A stretch of 41,560 nt of DNA from an uncultured Acetobacteraceae bacterium (GCA_937930165.1 CALGVL010000315.1:1-41560), one strand, 5' to 3'; positions 27,391 through 36,494 are shown, counted from the stretch's first letter. Numbers and translations: made by a program. The notes: generated from the letters alone by a model not told the origin.

Positions 27391-28214
27391 TCCGCCGCCA
27401 TTGCCTTCGGGGTGAAAACCTCGCGGTCGAGCCACTGGGCGAAGCCTTCCTCGGTCTTCGCCATCCGGGCGTATTCGCTGACATAGGCCGGATCGGCGCC
27501 GTATTCGTCCAGCAGCGCGACGGGATGCGCGCCGCGCTCGGCCACCGCCACAGCATCCACATAGGTGGCGCTGATGGCGCCGGGCGCCAGGCGCTCATCC
27601 ATCAGGAAGTCGCCTTCCACCACGCGCTCCACCGTCACCAGGGTGCGCTTGCTGGCATGGGCGATGGTGGCGCATTCGCGCTTGCGGCCGAGCCAGACAT
27701 TCCCCTTCGAGTCGGCCATGACGGCATGGAACATCGCGAAATCCGGCTGCTTCGCCGGCAGCAGCACGATCGGGTCCTCGCCATTCTCGGCGAAGGGGTT
27801 GGGGATCACCTTCCAGTCGGGCCGGTGCTTCAGGATGTCGCTGCCGAGGAGCCCGCGCAGCGGCATGAAGGGCACGCCCTTCTCCGATGCCTGCAACATG
27901 GTGTGGATGGCCGGGCAGGTGGCGTCCCGCATCCGGATCTGGCCTGCCTTCACCGCCGCGGTGAAGCGCGGGGCGAAGCCGGCCTCGCCGAGCGAGACGG
28001 CGCTGGTCTCCACCTCGGCGACGCAGCCGGCGCCGATCAGGATGTCGGTGGCGAAGCCGGCCACCGGCACGCCCAGCAACCGCAGATTGCGGGCGCCGCG
28101 GCGAATCAGCGCCTTGGCCAGCGCCACCGAGGGCAGGGAATTGTCCGGCGGCAGCGCCAGCAGGGCGCCATCCGGCACCATGGCGGCCATCGCCTCCAGG
28201 CTGATCGGTGTCAT
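27387..28214 (-). CDS. class I CoA-transferase subunit A (glutaconate CoA-transferase GctA-like)
   Basis: 275 aa. MTPISLEAMAAMVPDGALLALP...AVKAGQIRMRDATCP...GVPFMPLRGLLGSDIL: GctA-like pattern. Confidence 0.7.
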   Translation of the reverse strand: MTPISLEAMAAMVPDGALLALPPDNSLPSVALAKALIRRGARNLRLLGVPVAGFATDILIGAGCVAEVETSAVSLGEAGFAPRFTAAVKAGQIRMRDATCPAIHTMLQASEKGVPFMPLRGLLGSDILKHRPDWKVIPNPFAENGEDPIVLLPAKQPDFAMFHAVMADSKGNVWLGRKRECATIAHASKRTLVTVERVVEGDFLMDERLAPGAISATYVDAVAVAERGAHPVALLDEYGADPAYVSEYARMAKTEEGFAQWLDREVFTPKAMAAE

Positions 28215-28303
28215 TCGGTCGGTCCTCCGGCCGGCAACCTAGGCCGGGCGCGCCCCCGCGCGAAGGGGGTGGCGGCGGGTGGGGCCCGGCGCTATGCCCC
28301 GGC

Positions 28304-28858
28304 ATGGTCCTGGATGGCCCCCGCATTCGGCTCCGCCCCTGGCAGGACAGCGATTCCGCGCCCTTCGCCGCGCTGAACGCCGACCCCGAGGTGATGCGCC
28401 ATTTCGTCGCGCCCCTGACGCGCGAGCAGAGCGACGCCTTCATCGCCCACAACCGCGCGCATGAGGCGCAACACGGCTACTGCTTCTGGGCGGTGGAACT
28501 GCGCGACCAGGCCCCGCTGATCGGCCTCTGCGGTCTGCAGCGGGTCACTTTCGAGGCCCGCTTCACCCCGGCGGTCGAGATCGGCTGGCGCCTGGCGCGG
28601 CCCTTCTGGGGGCAGGGCCTGGCCGAGGAGGCTGCACGGATCGCCCTCGCCGCCGGTTTCGGGCCGCTCGGCCTGGCCGAGATCGTTGCCTTCACCGTGC
28701 CGGCGAATCGGCGCTCCTGGGGCCTGATGCAGCGGCTCGGCATGCGGCCGGACGGGGATTTCCCGCATCCCCGGCTGCCGGAGGGCCACCCCCTGCGCAC
28801 CCATCTGCTCTACCGTCTGGCGCGGGAGGACTGGGTCCGGCAGCGCCTGGAGGAATAG
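28304..28858 (+). CDS. GNAT-family N-acetyltransferase (RimJ/RimL-like)
   Basis: Track ORF 28208..28858 trimmed to ATG 28304. IRLRPWQDSD...IGWRLARPFWGQGLAEEAA...: acetyl-CoA binding motif Q/RxxGxG/A. Confidence 0.82.
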   Translation: MVLDGPRIRLRPWQDSDSAPFAALNADPEVMRHFVAPLTREQSDAFIAHNRAHEAQHGYCFWAVELRDQAPLIGLCGLQRVTFEARFTPAVEIGWRLARPFWGQGLAEEAARIALAAGFGPLGLAEIVAFTVPANRRSWGLMQRLGMRPDGDFPHPRLPEGHPLRTHLLYRLAREDWVRQRLEE

Positions 28859-28886
28859 CCGCGCCCCGCTGGAGGCAGGGCGCGGC
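28858..28886. terminator. GC-rich hairpin between the convergent GNAT and dienelactone hydrolase genes
   Basis: GCCGCGCCC (28858-28866) pairs with GGGCGCGGC (28878-28886): a perfect 9-bp stem with an 11-nt loop. Weak A/T tail (CATAATT). Confidence 0.45.
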
Positions 28887-28892
28887 CATAAT

Positions 28893-29594
28893 TCAGCCGA
28901 GCACCCGAGTCAGCAGTTCCGCCGAGCGGCCATCGGCGATGGTCGCCGCCCGCGCGTCATAGGCATGGCCGCCGCGGCGGGAGAAGGCGTGGTCGGCCCA
29001 GGGATAGACATGGCAGCTCACCTGCCTGTTGCCCTTCAGCCCCTCCTGGATCTTCGCCTGCGCCTCGGGCGGCACGAATTTGTCCTTGCCCGCGATGTGC
29101 AGGATCAGCGGCGCCTTGATGTTCTGCGCCTCGCCCAGTAGCCCCTCCAGGCCCACGCCGTAATAGCTGATGTTGCAATCGGCATCCGAACGCGTCGCCA
29201 TCATGAAGGCCAGCCTGCCGCCGAGGCAGAAGCCCATGGTCCCGACCTTGCCGTTGCTGCCCTCCATCTTGCGGGCATGGGCGACGGTCGCCTTCAGGTC
29301 CTCCACCGCCTTGTCCTGGTTCAGCCCGTTCATCAGGGCGAAGGCCTTGTCCCATTCGGACTGCCCGGCATCTGGGTCGAGCTGCACCCCCGGCTGCTGC
29401 CGCCAGAACAGGTCCGGGCAGACGGCGATGAAGCCCATCTCGGCGACCCAGTCGGACAGCGCCCGCATGGTGCGGTTCACGCCGAAGATCTCCTGGATCA
29501 TCACCACGGCGCCGGCCGGGGTCTGCTTCGGCATCGCCACATAGGCCATGAACTCGCCGCTGCCATCGCTTGCGGCGATTCGGATCTCGGGCAT
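28893..29594 (-). CDS. dienelactone hydrolase family protein (carboxymethylenebutenolidase-like)
   Basis: 233 aa. VVMIQEIFGVN...GTMGFCLGG (nucleophile Cys elbow)...HIAGKDKFVP...ADHAF. Confidence 0.88.
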   Translation of the reverse strand: MPEIRIAASDGSGEFMAYVAMPKQTPAGAVVMIQEIFGVNRTMRALSDWVAEMGFIAVCPDLFWRQQPGVQLDPDAGQSEWDKAFALMNGLNQDKAVEDLKATVAHARKMEGSNGKVGTMGFCLGGRLAFMMATRSDADCNISYYGVGLEGLLGEAQNIKAPLILHIAGKDKFVPPEAQAKIQEGLKGNRQVSCHVYPWADHAFSRRGGHAYDARAATIADGRSAELLTRVLG

Positions 29595-29716
29595 CCTCTC
29601 CTCCCTCTGCTGGGGCTCCCAGGGGGGATCTAACCGCAGATGCGGCGGCTTGCCACGCCCCTGCCGGAACCGCCGCCCGTTCCGGCGTTCTGACCGGGAA
29701 AGGAGATCCTGCCGGA

Positions 29717-31168
29717 ATGCGCCACATGCCGGGCCGGGCCGAAAAGAGCGTGTTCGAAACCGATGTCCCGGCGCGGCTGGACCGGCTGCCCTGGAGCAGC
29801 TTCCACTGGCGCGTGGTGCTGGCCCTCGGCATCACCTGGGTCCTGGACGGGCTGGAGGTGACGCTGGTCGGCTCCCTCGCCAGCGCCATCCATCAGAGCC
29901 CGAGCCTCAATCTTTCCGCGACCCAGATTGGCCTGGCCGCCTCGGCCTATCTGGTCGGGGCCGTCACCGGGGCGCTGGGCTTCGGCTGGCTGACCGACCG
30001 GCTGGGGCGGAAGAAGCTCTTTTTCGTCACCCTCACCGTCTACATGCTGGCCAGCATCGCCACCGGCTTCTCCTGGGATTTCTGGTCCTTCGCCTTCTTC
30101 CGGGCGCTGACCGGCGCCGGCATCGGCGGCGAATACGCGGCGGTGAACTCCGCGATCCAGGAGCTGATTCCGGCGCGCCGGCGTGGCACCACCGATCTTG
30201 CCGTCAACGGAACCTTCTGGGGTGGGGCAGCGATCGGCGCCGTCATCGCCCTGGTGGTGCTGGACCCGCGGATTATCGACCCGGAGATCGGCTGGCGCGC
30301 CGCCTTCGTGGTGGGCGGCGCCCTGGCGTTGATCGTGCTGCTCATGCGGCGCTTCCTGCCGGAAAGCCCGCGCTGGCTGATGATCCATGGCCGGCCGGAG
30401 GAGGCGGAGCGGATCGTCTCGGACATCGAGCGCCAGGCGGAGGCCAGGCATGGTCCGTTGCCGCCCCTGGAATACGGCAAGGTGCGGCTGCACCGCCGCC
30501 GTCATACCGAGATCGCCGAGGTCTGGCACGCGATGATCCACCGTCATCGCGACCGCACCCTGCTCGGCGTCACGCTGATGGCCTGCCAGGCCTTCTGCTA
30601 CAATGCGCTGGGCTTCACCTATGCGCTGGTGCTGACCAAATTCTACGGCATCCCGCCTGCCAGTATTGGCTGGTACATGCTGCCCTTCGCGCTGGGCAAC
30701 CTGGCCGGGCCGCTGCTGCTGGGGCATTTCTTCGACAGCATCGGCCGCAAGCCGATGATCACCGCCACCTATGCCCTGTCCGGGGTGCTGATGGCGGCGA
30801 CGGGCTACGCCTTCGCCGCCGGCTGGCTCTCCGCCTGGGAGCAGACGGCGGCCTGGACCGTGATCTTCTTCTTCGCCTCCGCCGCCGCCTCTGCCGCCTA
30901 TCTGACGGTGGGGGAGAGCTTCCCGCTGGAGATGCGGGCCATGGCCATCGCCCTGTTTTATGCCCTTGGCACCGCGGTCGGCGGGGTGATCGGCCCGGCC
31001 CTGTTCGGGCGGCTGATCGAGGGCGGCGACCGCACCGACATCATGTGGGGCTACATGGCGGCCGCGGCGCTGATGCTGCTGGCGGCGATCACCGAGTGGC
31101 GCCTGGGCTTCGCCGCAGAGCGCAAGCCGCTGGAGCATGTGACGAGCCCGCTCTCCGCCCGGCACTGA
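29717..31168 (+). CDS. MFS transporter (metabolite/sugar porter-like)
   Basis: Track ORF 29570..31168 trimmed to ATG 29717 (AGGAG 11 nt upstream). 12 predicted TM segments. GWLTDRLGRKK MFS loop 2-3 motif. Confidence 0.85.
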   Translation: MRHMPGRAEKSVFETDVPARLDRLPWSSFHWRVVLALGITWVLDGLEVTLVGSLASAIHQSPSLNLSATQIGLAASAYLVGAVTGALGFGWLTDRLGRKKLFFVTLTVYMLASIATGFSWDFWSFAFFRALTGAGIGGEYAAVNSAIQELIPARRRGTTDLAVNGTFWGGAAIGAVIALVVLDPRIIDPEIGWRAAFVVGGALALIVLLMRRFLPESPRWLMIHGRPEEAERIVSDIERQAEARHGPLPPLEYGKVRLHRRRHTEIAEVWHAMIHRHRDRTLLGVTLMACQAFCYNALGFTYALVLTKFYGIPPASIGWYMLPFALGNLAGPLLLGHFFDSIGRKPMITATYALSGVLMAATGYAFAAGWLSAWEQTAAWTVIFFFASAAASAAYLTVGESFPLEMRAMAIALFYALGTAVGGVIGPALFGRLIEGGDRTDIMWGYMAAAALMLLAAITEWRLGFAAERKPLEHVTSPLSARH

Positions 31169-31269
31169 CCTGCCGTGAATGTGAAGATTGGGCTCCGGCG
31201 GTGCCTCCCCCGGTTCCCAAGAGCGCCGGCCATGCTTTAACTGGACCCGATCAACGAGGCGCCTTTCCG

Positions 31270-31767
31270 ATGTCCGTAACCCGGCAGGAATTCCGCGACG
31301 CCATGGCCCGGCTGGGCGCCGCGGTGAATGTGATCACCACCGCCGGGCCGGCCGGCCGCGCCGGCTTCACCGCCAGCGCGGTGTGCAGCGTGACGGATGA
31401 CCCGCCGACCCTGCTGGTCTGCATGAACCGCAATTCCTCCTCCGCCCCGGTGCTGAAGGCCAATGGGGTGCTGTGCGTGAACACCCTTTCCGCCAGGCAG
31501 AGGGAGGTTTCCACCGTCTTTGCCGGCGTCACCAAATGCAGCCTGGAGGAGCGGTTCGCCGCCGGCAGCTGGTCGGAGCTGGCCACTGGCGCGCCGGTGC
31601 TCGAAGGCGCCGTGGTGGCCTTCGACTGCCGCGTGGCCGACATGGTGGAGAAGGGCACGCATACCGTGATCTTCGCCGATGTCCTGGCGATCCGGCATGG
31701 CAGCAGGGGCGGGGCCGGGCTGATCTATTTCGGCCGGGACTATCATCCGGTCGGGGCGGGGGCCTGA
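31270..31767 (+). CDS. flavin reductase (HpaC/RutF-type NAD(P)H-flavin oxidoreductase)
   Basis: Last 165 codons of track ORF 29548..31767. FRDAMARLGAAVNVITT...GFTASAVCSVTDDPPTLLVCMN... Confidence 0.85.
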   Translation: MSVTRQEFRDAMARLGAAVNVITTAGPAGRAGFTASAVCSVTDDPPTLLVCMNRNSSSAPVLKANGVLCVNTLSARQREVSTVFAGVTKCSLEERFAAGSWSELATGAPVLEGAVVAFDCRVADMVEKGTHTVIFADVLAIRHGSRGGAGLIYFGRDYHPVGAGA

Positions 31768-31902
31768 GCGGCCCCGATGACCGGAGCGCCGAAGGGCGCG
31801 GAGGTCTGATCGGCGCCGCCAAGTTGGAAGGGCCACTCTCGCGCCGGTGTGGTGCCGGCGCCACGGGGGCGTATCGGTGAACCTCCGTCCCCATGATTCA
31901 CG

Positions 31903-31911
31903 TTATCCACA
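31903..31911 (+). promoter_or_regulatory. perfect consensus DnaA box TTATCCACA upstream of dnaB
   Basis: Exact 9/9 match at 31903-31911, 39 nt before the dnaB ATG. A GANTC site (GATTC, 31895-31899) lies immediately upstream. Confidence 0.4.
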
Positions 31912-31949
31912 GGTCCGCCCCCGGACCCGCCCTGCGCTAGAATGGGGCC

Positions 31950-33500
31950 ATGAACACCTTCGGTCCGCCCGGCTTCCCCGGCAGCGATTCGGCCTCGCCC
32001 TTCGGGGGGGGCTCCGGTGGCCTGCTCGGCCTTTCGCAGCGCGTCCCGCCTTCGAACCTGCAGGCAGAGCAGGCGCTGCTCGGCGCCCTGCTGGCCAACA
32101 ACAAGGCCTATGAGCGGGTCTCCGAATTCCTGGCGCCGGAGCATTTCGCCGATCCCATCCACGGCCGCATCTACCGCGCCATCCAGCGCCGGATCGAGGC
32201 CGGGCAGCTTGCCGATGTCGTGACCCTCCGCCCGGAATTCGAGCATTCCGGCCTGCTGGACGAGGTCGGCGGCCCGGCCTATCTGGCGCAGCTCCTCTCC
32301 GCCATGGTCGGCATCATCAATGCCGGCGAGTACGGCAAGCTGATCTATGACTGCTGGCTGCGCCGCCAGCTCATCGATGTGGGCGAGGAGGTGGTGAACC
32401 GCGCCTTCGGCGCCGAGCCGGAACTGGATGCCAAGGACCAGCTCGAGGCGGCGGAGCAGCGGCTCTTCGACCTGGCGAAGGAAGGCGGCTCGGACGGCGG
32501 CTTCATCACCTTCGAGCGGGCGCTGACCGACGCCGTGCTGAACGCGGAGCGCGCCTTCTCCACGCCTGGTGGTGTCTCCGGCCTGCCCACCGGGCTGCGT
32601 GACCTGGATGCCAAGACCGGCGGCCTGCACCCCTCCGACCTGCTGATCCTGGCCGGGCGCCCGGCCATGGGCAAGACTGCGCTCGCCACCAAGATTGCCT
32701 TCGGCGCCGCCCGAGCCCTGATGCGGGAGGCGCAGGAGAAGGGGCCGGATGTCCAGCCGCGCGGCACCGTCGCCATCTTCTCCCTGGAAATGAGCGCCGA
32801 CCAGCTGGCGACCCGCTTGCTCTCCGAGGAGGCGCGGATCTCCGGCGACCGTATCCGCCGCGGTGACATCTCCCAGCGCGACTTCGACCGCTTCGTGGAG
32901 GTGAGCCGCGAACTGGCCAGCATCCCCATCGTCATTGACGACACGCCGGCCATCACCATCTCCGCCCTCCGCACCCGCTGCCGCCGGCTGAAGCGGACAA
33001 GGGGGCTGGAGCTGGTGGTGGTGGATTACCTCCAGCTCATGCGCCCGGCGGCGGGAACGCGGCCGGAGAGCCGGGTGCTGGAGATCTCCATGATCACCCA
33101 GGGGCTGAAGGCCATCGCCAAGGAATTGTCCGTGCCGGTGCTCGCCCTTTCCCAGCTCTCCCGCCAGGTGGAGCAGCGGGAGGACAAGCGGCCGCAGCTT
33201 GCGGACCTGCGCGAATCGGGCTCGATCGAGCAGGACGCCGACATGGTGATGTTCGTCTATCGCGACGAATACTACCTGGCACAGCGCGCCCCGAAGGAGC
33301 TGGCCTACGACAACCCGGCGAAATTCGAGGAAGCGCTGCAGAAGTGGCAGTCCGACATGGAGCAGGCCCATAACAAGGCCGAACTCATCATCGCCAAGCA
33401 GCGCCACGGCCCGACCGGGACCATCAAGCTGTTCTTCGAGTCCGAATTCACCCGCTTCGGCGATCTCGACCAGACCCGCGGACCGGAGGGCGGCTACTAA
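31950..33500 (+). CDS. dnaB: replicative DNA helicase DnaB
   Basis: PPSNLQAEQALLGALLANN (N-terminal domain), Walker A GRPAMGKT, Walker B VVVDYLQL, LSQLSR, IIAKQRHGPTG. Confidence 0.95.
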   Translation: MNTFGPPGFPGSDSASPFGGGSGGLLGLSQRVPPSNLQAEQALLGALLANNKAYERVSEFLAPEHFADPIHGRIYRAIQRRIEAGQLADVVTLRPEFEHSGLLDEVGGPAYLAQLLSAMVGIINAGEYGKLIYDCWLRRQLIDVGEEVVNRAFGAEPELDAKDQLEAAEQRLFDLAKEGGSDGGFITFERALTDAVLNAERAFSTPGGVSGLPTGLRDLDAKTGGLHPSDLLILAGRPAMGKTALATKIAFGAARALMREAQEKGPDVQPRGTVAIFSLEMSADQLATRLLSEEARISGDRIRRGDISQRDFDRFVEVSRELASIPIVIDDTPAITISALRTRCRRLKRTRGLELVVVDYLQLMRPAAGTRPESRVLEISMITQGLKAIAKELSVPVLALSQLSRQVEQREDKRPQLADLRESGSIEQDADMVMFVYRDEYYLAQRAPKELAYDNPAKFEEALQKWQSDMEQAHNKAELIIAKQRHGPTGTIKLFFESEFTRFGDLDQTRGPEGGY

Positions 33501-33636
33501 GCGGCCCGGTCTGCGCGGCGCCGGATGGCCCGGAGGCGTGAATCGGCCCGCAGGACAAGCAGCATCCCGGCAGGCCCCGCTTGCAACCGGCGCCGGTCCG
33601 GGCCATGCCCTGCCCGGCGGACCGGAAGGGAATGCG

Positions 33637-34707
33637 ATGCAGGCGGTGCTAACGGTGGACCTCTCCGCCATCGCGGCGAACTGGCGCGCGCTGTGCGCCC
33701 GGCATCCGGGCGGCGCCGTGGCCGGGGTGGTGAAGGCGGATGCCTATGGTCTGGGCGCCGCGCCGGTGGCGCGCGCCCTGCTGGCGGCCGGGTGCCGGCA
33801 CTTCTTCGTGGCCCATCTGGCGGAGGGGCTGGCACTCCGGGAGGCGATCGGGCCCGGGCCGATGATCGCCGTGCTGAACGGCTTCGCCCCCGGCGCGGAG
33901 GAGGAGGCTGGGCTGGTTCCGGTGCTGAACGGCCTGCCGGATGTGGCGGCCCATGCCGCGGCGGCGCGGGCGAAGGGGCAGGCCAGGCCCGCCATCCTGC
34001 ATGTCGATACCGGCATGAGCCGACTCGGCCTGGATGCGCGGGAACTCGACCTGCTGGCGGAGGATCCGGGGCGGCTGGCCGGCCTCAACCTGCTCTATGT
34101 AATGACCCATCTGGCCTGCGCCGATGAGCCGGAGCATCCCCTGAACGCCGCCCAGGCAGCCCGCTTCCGGGCGGCCTGCGCCCGCCTGCCACAAGCGCCG
34201 CGCAGCCTGGCCAATTCCTCCGGCATCTTTCTCGGCCCTGACTTCGCCAGCGACTTGGCCCGGCCGGGCTGTGCCCTCTACGGCATCAACCCAACCCCCG
34301 GCGCCCCGAACCCGATGCGGCAGGTGGTCCGGCTGGAGGCCCCGGTGCTGCAGGTGCGGGAGATCCCGAAGGGCGCCAGCCTGGGCTATGGCGCCACCTG
34401 GATTGCCCCGCGTCCCAGCCGGATCGCCACGGTTGCCGCCGGCTATGCCGATGGATACCTTCGCGCCCTCTCCGGGCGCGGCATCGGCAATTTCGCCGGG
34501 CGGACCGTGCCGCTGGTTGGCCGGGTATCCATGGACCTCATCACCTTCGACGTGACGGATGCGCCGGACCTGGCGCCGGGCGACATGATCGAGCTCATCG
34601 GGCCGGGGAACACGCCGGACGACCTCGCCGCGCGCGCGGGCACCATCGGCTATGAGATCCTGACTTCCCTTGGCGCCCGCTACCGGCGCGAGTACGGCGC
34701 GACCTGA
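33637..34707 (+). CDS. alr: alanine racemase
   Basis: Track ORF 33538..34707 trimmed to ATG 33637. VVKADAYGLG (PLP-Lys motif), ...GYGATW..., VSMDLITFDV. Confidence 0.9.
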   Translation: MQAVLTVDLSAIAANWRALCARHPGGAVAGVVKADAYGLGAAPVARALLAAGCRHFFVAHLAEGLALREAIGPGPMIAVLNGFAPGAEEEAGLVPVLNGLPDVAAHAAAARAKGQARPAILHVDTGMSRLGLDARELDLLAEDPGRLAGLNLLYVMTHLACADEPEHPLNAAQAARFRAACARLPQAPRSLANSSGIFLGPDFASDLARPGCALYGINPTPGAPNPMRQVVRLEAPVLQVREIPKGASLGYGATWIAPRPSRIATVAAGYADGYLRALSGRGIGNFAGRTVPLVGRVSMDLITFDVTDAPDLAPGDMIELIGPGNTPDDLAARAGTIGYEILTSLGARYRREYGAT

Positions 34708-35495
34708 TGGGCGCCCTGATCCTCGATCCGCTGGCGGCGCTCGGCCGTGGCGCCTTCGCCGCCTGCCGGACCGCTGGCGCCGTCGCGCTCTTCGCGCTGG
34801 AGGCACTCTCGCACCTCTTCCGGCCGCCCTTCCACTGGCGGATGTTCGCCCGCGCCTTCGTGGAGATCGCCTGGTTCTCCCTGCCGGTGGTGGCGCTGAC
34901 CGCCGTCTTCACCGGCATGGTGCTGGCGCTGCAATCCTATACCGGCTTCGCCCGCTTCAACGCGCAATCGGCGATCGCCAGCGTCGTCGTCATCAGCCTG
35001 ACGCGCGAGCTGGGCCCGGTGCTGGCCGCGCTGATGGTGGCCGGGCGCATCGGCGCCAGCTTCGCGGCCGAGATCGGCACCATGCGCGTCACCGACCAGA
35101 TCGACGCGCTGACCACGCTCTCCACCAACCCGATGAAATACCTGGTGGCGCCGCGCCTGCTGGCGGCCACCATCGCCATGCCCCTGCTGGTGCTGGTGGC
35201 GGACATACTGGGCGTGATGGGCGGCTGGCTGATCGGCATCGTCAAGCTGAACTTCGTCTCGGCCGCCTATCTCAAGTCCACCTTCGATTTCCTGCAGACG
35301 GAGGACGTGGTCTCCGGCCTGGTGAAGGCGGCGGTCTTCGGCTTCATCGTCGCGCTGATGGGCACCTGGTGCGGCTACAACAGCCGGGGCGGTGCGCAGG
35401 GCGTGGGCGGCGCCACGACGACGGCGGTGGTCGCCTCCTCCATCCTCATCCTCGCCTTCGACTACGGGCTGACCGAGATCTTCTTCGGGCAATGA
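34707..35495 (+). CDS. mlaE: MlaE-family ABC transporter permease
   Basis: The ATG shares its A with the alr TGA (TGATG). ...LTRELGPVLAALMVAGRIGASFAAEIGTMRVTDQIDAL...: MlaE/Ttg2B signature. Confidence 0.88.
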   Translation: MGALILDPLAALGRGAFAACRTAGAVALFALEALSHLFRPPFHWRMFARAFVEIAWFSLPVVALTAVFTGMVLALQSYTGFARFNAQSAIASVVVISLTRELGPVLAALMVAGRIGASFAAEIGTMRVTDQIDALTTLSTNPMKYLVAPRLLAATIAMPLLVLVADILGVMGGWLIGIVKLNFVSAAYLKSTFDFLQTEDVVSGLVKAAVFGFIVALMGTWCGYNSRGGAQGVGGATTTAVVASSILILAFDYGLTEIFFGQ

Positions 35496-36268
35496 AGCAG
35501 GACGTTCCCAAGATCCGGTTGCGCGGGGTGCGCAAGGCTTTCGGCACCAAGCAGGTGCTGGACGGCATCGACCTGGACGTCGCGGCCCGGCATTCCATGG
35601 TGATCCTGGGCGGGTCGGGCTCCGGCAAGTCGGTGATGCTGAAATGCATCCTCGGCCTGATCGAGCCGGATGAGGGCGTGATCGAGATCGATGGCGAGGA
35701 CGTACTGCGCATGCCCCGGCGGGAGCGGGAGGCGCTGAACGACCGCATCGGCATGCTGTTCCAGAACGGCGCGCTCTTCGACAGCCTGCCCGTCTGGGAG
35801 AATGTCTGCTTCAAGCTGCTGGCGCAGAAGCGCATCAGCCGCGCCGCGGCGCGGGACAAGGCGGCGGAGGTGTTGGCGCAGGTGGGCCTTGCGGCCTCGG
35901 TGGGCGATCTCTACCCGTCGGAACTGTCCGGCGGCATGCAGAAGCGCGTGGCGCTGGCCCGCGCGGTGGCGGCGCAGCCCGACATCATCCTCTTCGACGA
36001 GCCGACCACTGGCCTCGACCCCATCATGGGGGCGGTGATCGACGGGCTGATCGTGGACTGCGTGCGGCGGCTCGGCGCCACTGCCATCAGCATCACCCAT
36101 GACATGGCGAGTGCCCGGCGCATCGGCGATGATGCGGCAATGATCCACAAGGGCCGGATCGTCTGGACCGGCCCGGCAGCCAATCTGGGCCATACCGGCA
36201 ATGATCTGGTGGACCAATTCGCGCGCGGCGAGCGGGAAGGGCCGATCCAGATGGAGTTGCGGCGCTAA
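35492..36268 (+). CDS. mlaF: MlaF-like ABC transporter ATP-binding protein
   Basis: ATGA overlap with mlaE. Walker A GGSGSGKS, signature LSGGMQKR, Walker B ILFDEPTTGLDP. Confidence 0.88.
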   Translation: MKQDVPKIRLRGVRKAFGTKQVLDGIDLDVAARHSMVILGGSGSGKSVMLKCILGLIEPDEGVIEIDGEDVLRMPRREREALNDRIGMLFQNGALFDSLPVWENVCFKLLAQKRISRAAARDKAAEVLAQVGLAASVGDLYPSELSGGMQKRVALARAVAAQPDIILFDEPTTGLDPIMGAVIDGLIVDCVRRLGATAISITHDMASARRIGDDAAMIHKGRIVWTGPAANLGHTGNDLVDQFARGEREGPIQMELRR

Positions 36269-36282
36269 CCTGCTGCTGTCCT

Positions 36283-36308
36283 GGGATCCGAGGATTGCCA
36301 CGGATCCC
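36283..36308 (+). terminator. hairpin just after mlaF (possible terminator)
   Basis: GGGATCCG (36283-36290) pairs with CGGATCCC (36301-36308), loop 10 nt. No U-tract. Confidence 0.3.
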
Positions 36309-36494
36309 GGATATGAATCGCCAGCTCAATAAATCCGAGCAGGCGGCTGCGCCTCTACACGCCGGTTTGTACGCCTCCCCCGGCCGTCCATGGGGGAAAT
36401 CCTCGCTTGGGTTCGCCCGGCTGACGCATCCTCCTCGCCACGGGCCGCCTCATCGTTTCGGGCGGCCCGCAAGAACAAGCTGGGAGGACACAGC

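Noticed and set aside
29548-31767. 739-aa ORF that appears to fuse a large protein to the flavin reductase, and likewise 5674..7362(-) fusing apt-region sequence to the Bug-like protein.
   Set aside because: The upstream parts run in an alternative frame across the MFS gene (or apt) and translate to Arg/Pro-rich noise. Only the C-terminal parts, from ATG 31270 and ATG 6663, look like real proteins with SD sequences.
31938-31943. TAGAAT hexamer 6 nt before the dnaB ATG as a -10 box implying a leaderless dnaB mRNA.
   Set aside because: There is no acceptable -35 at 16-18 nt. With a single hexamer match, the idea is untestable from sequence alone.
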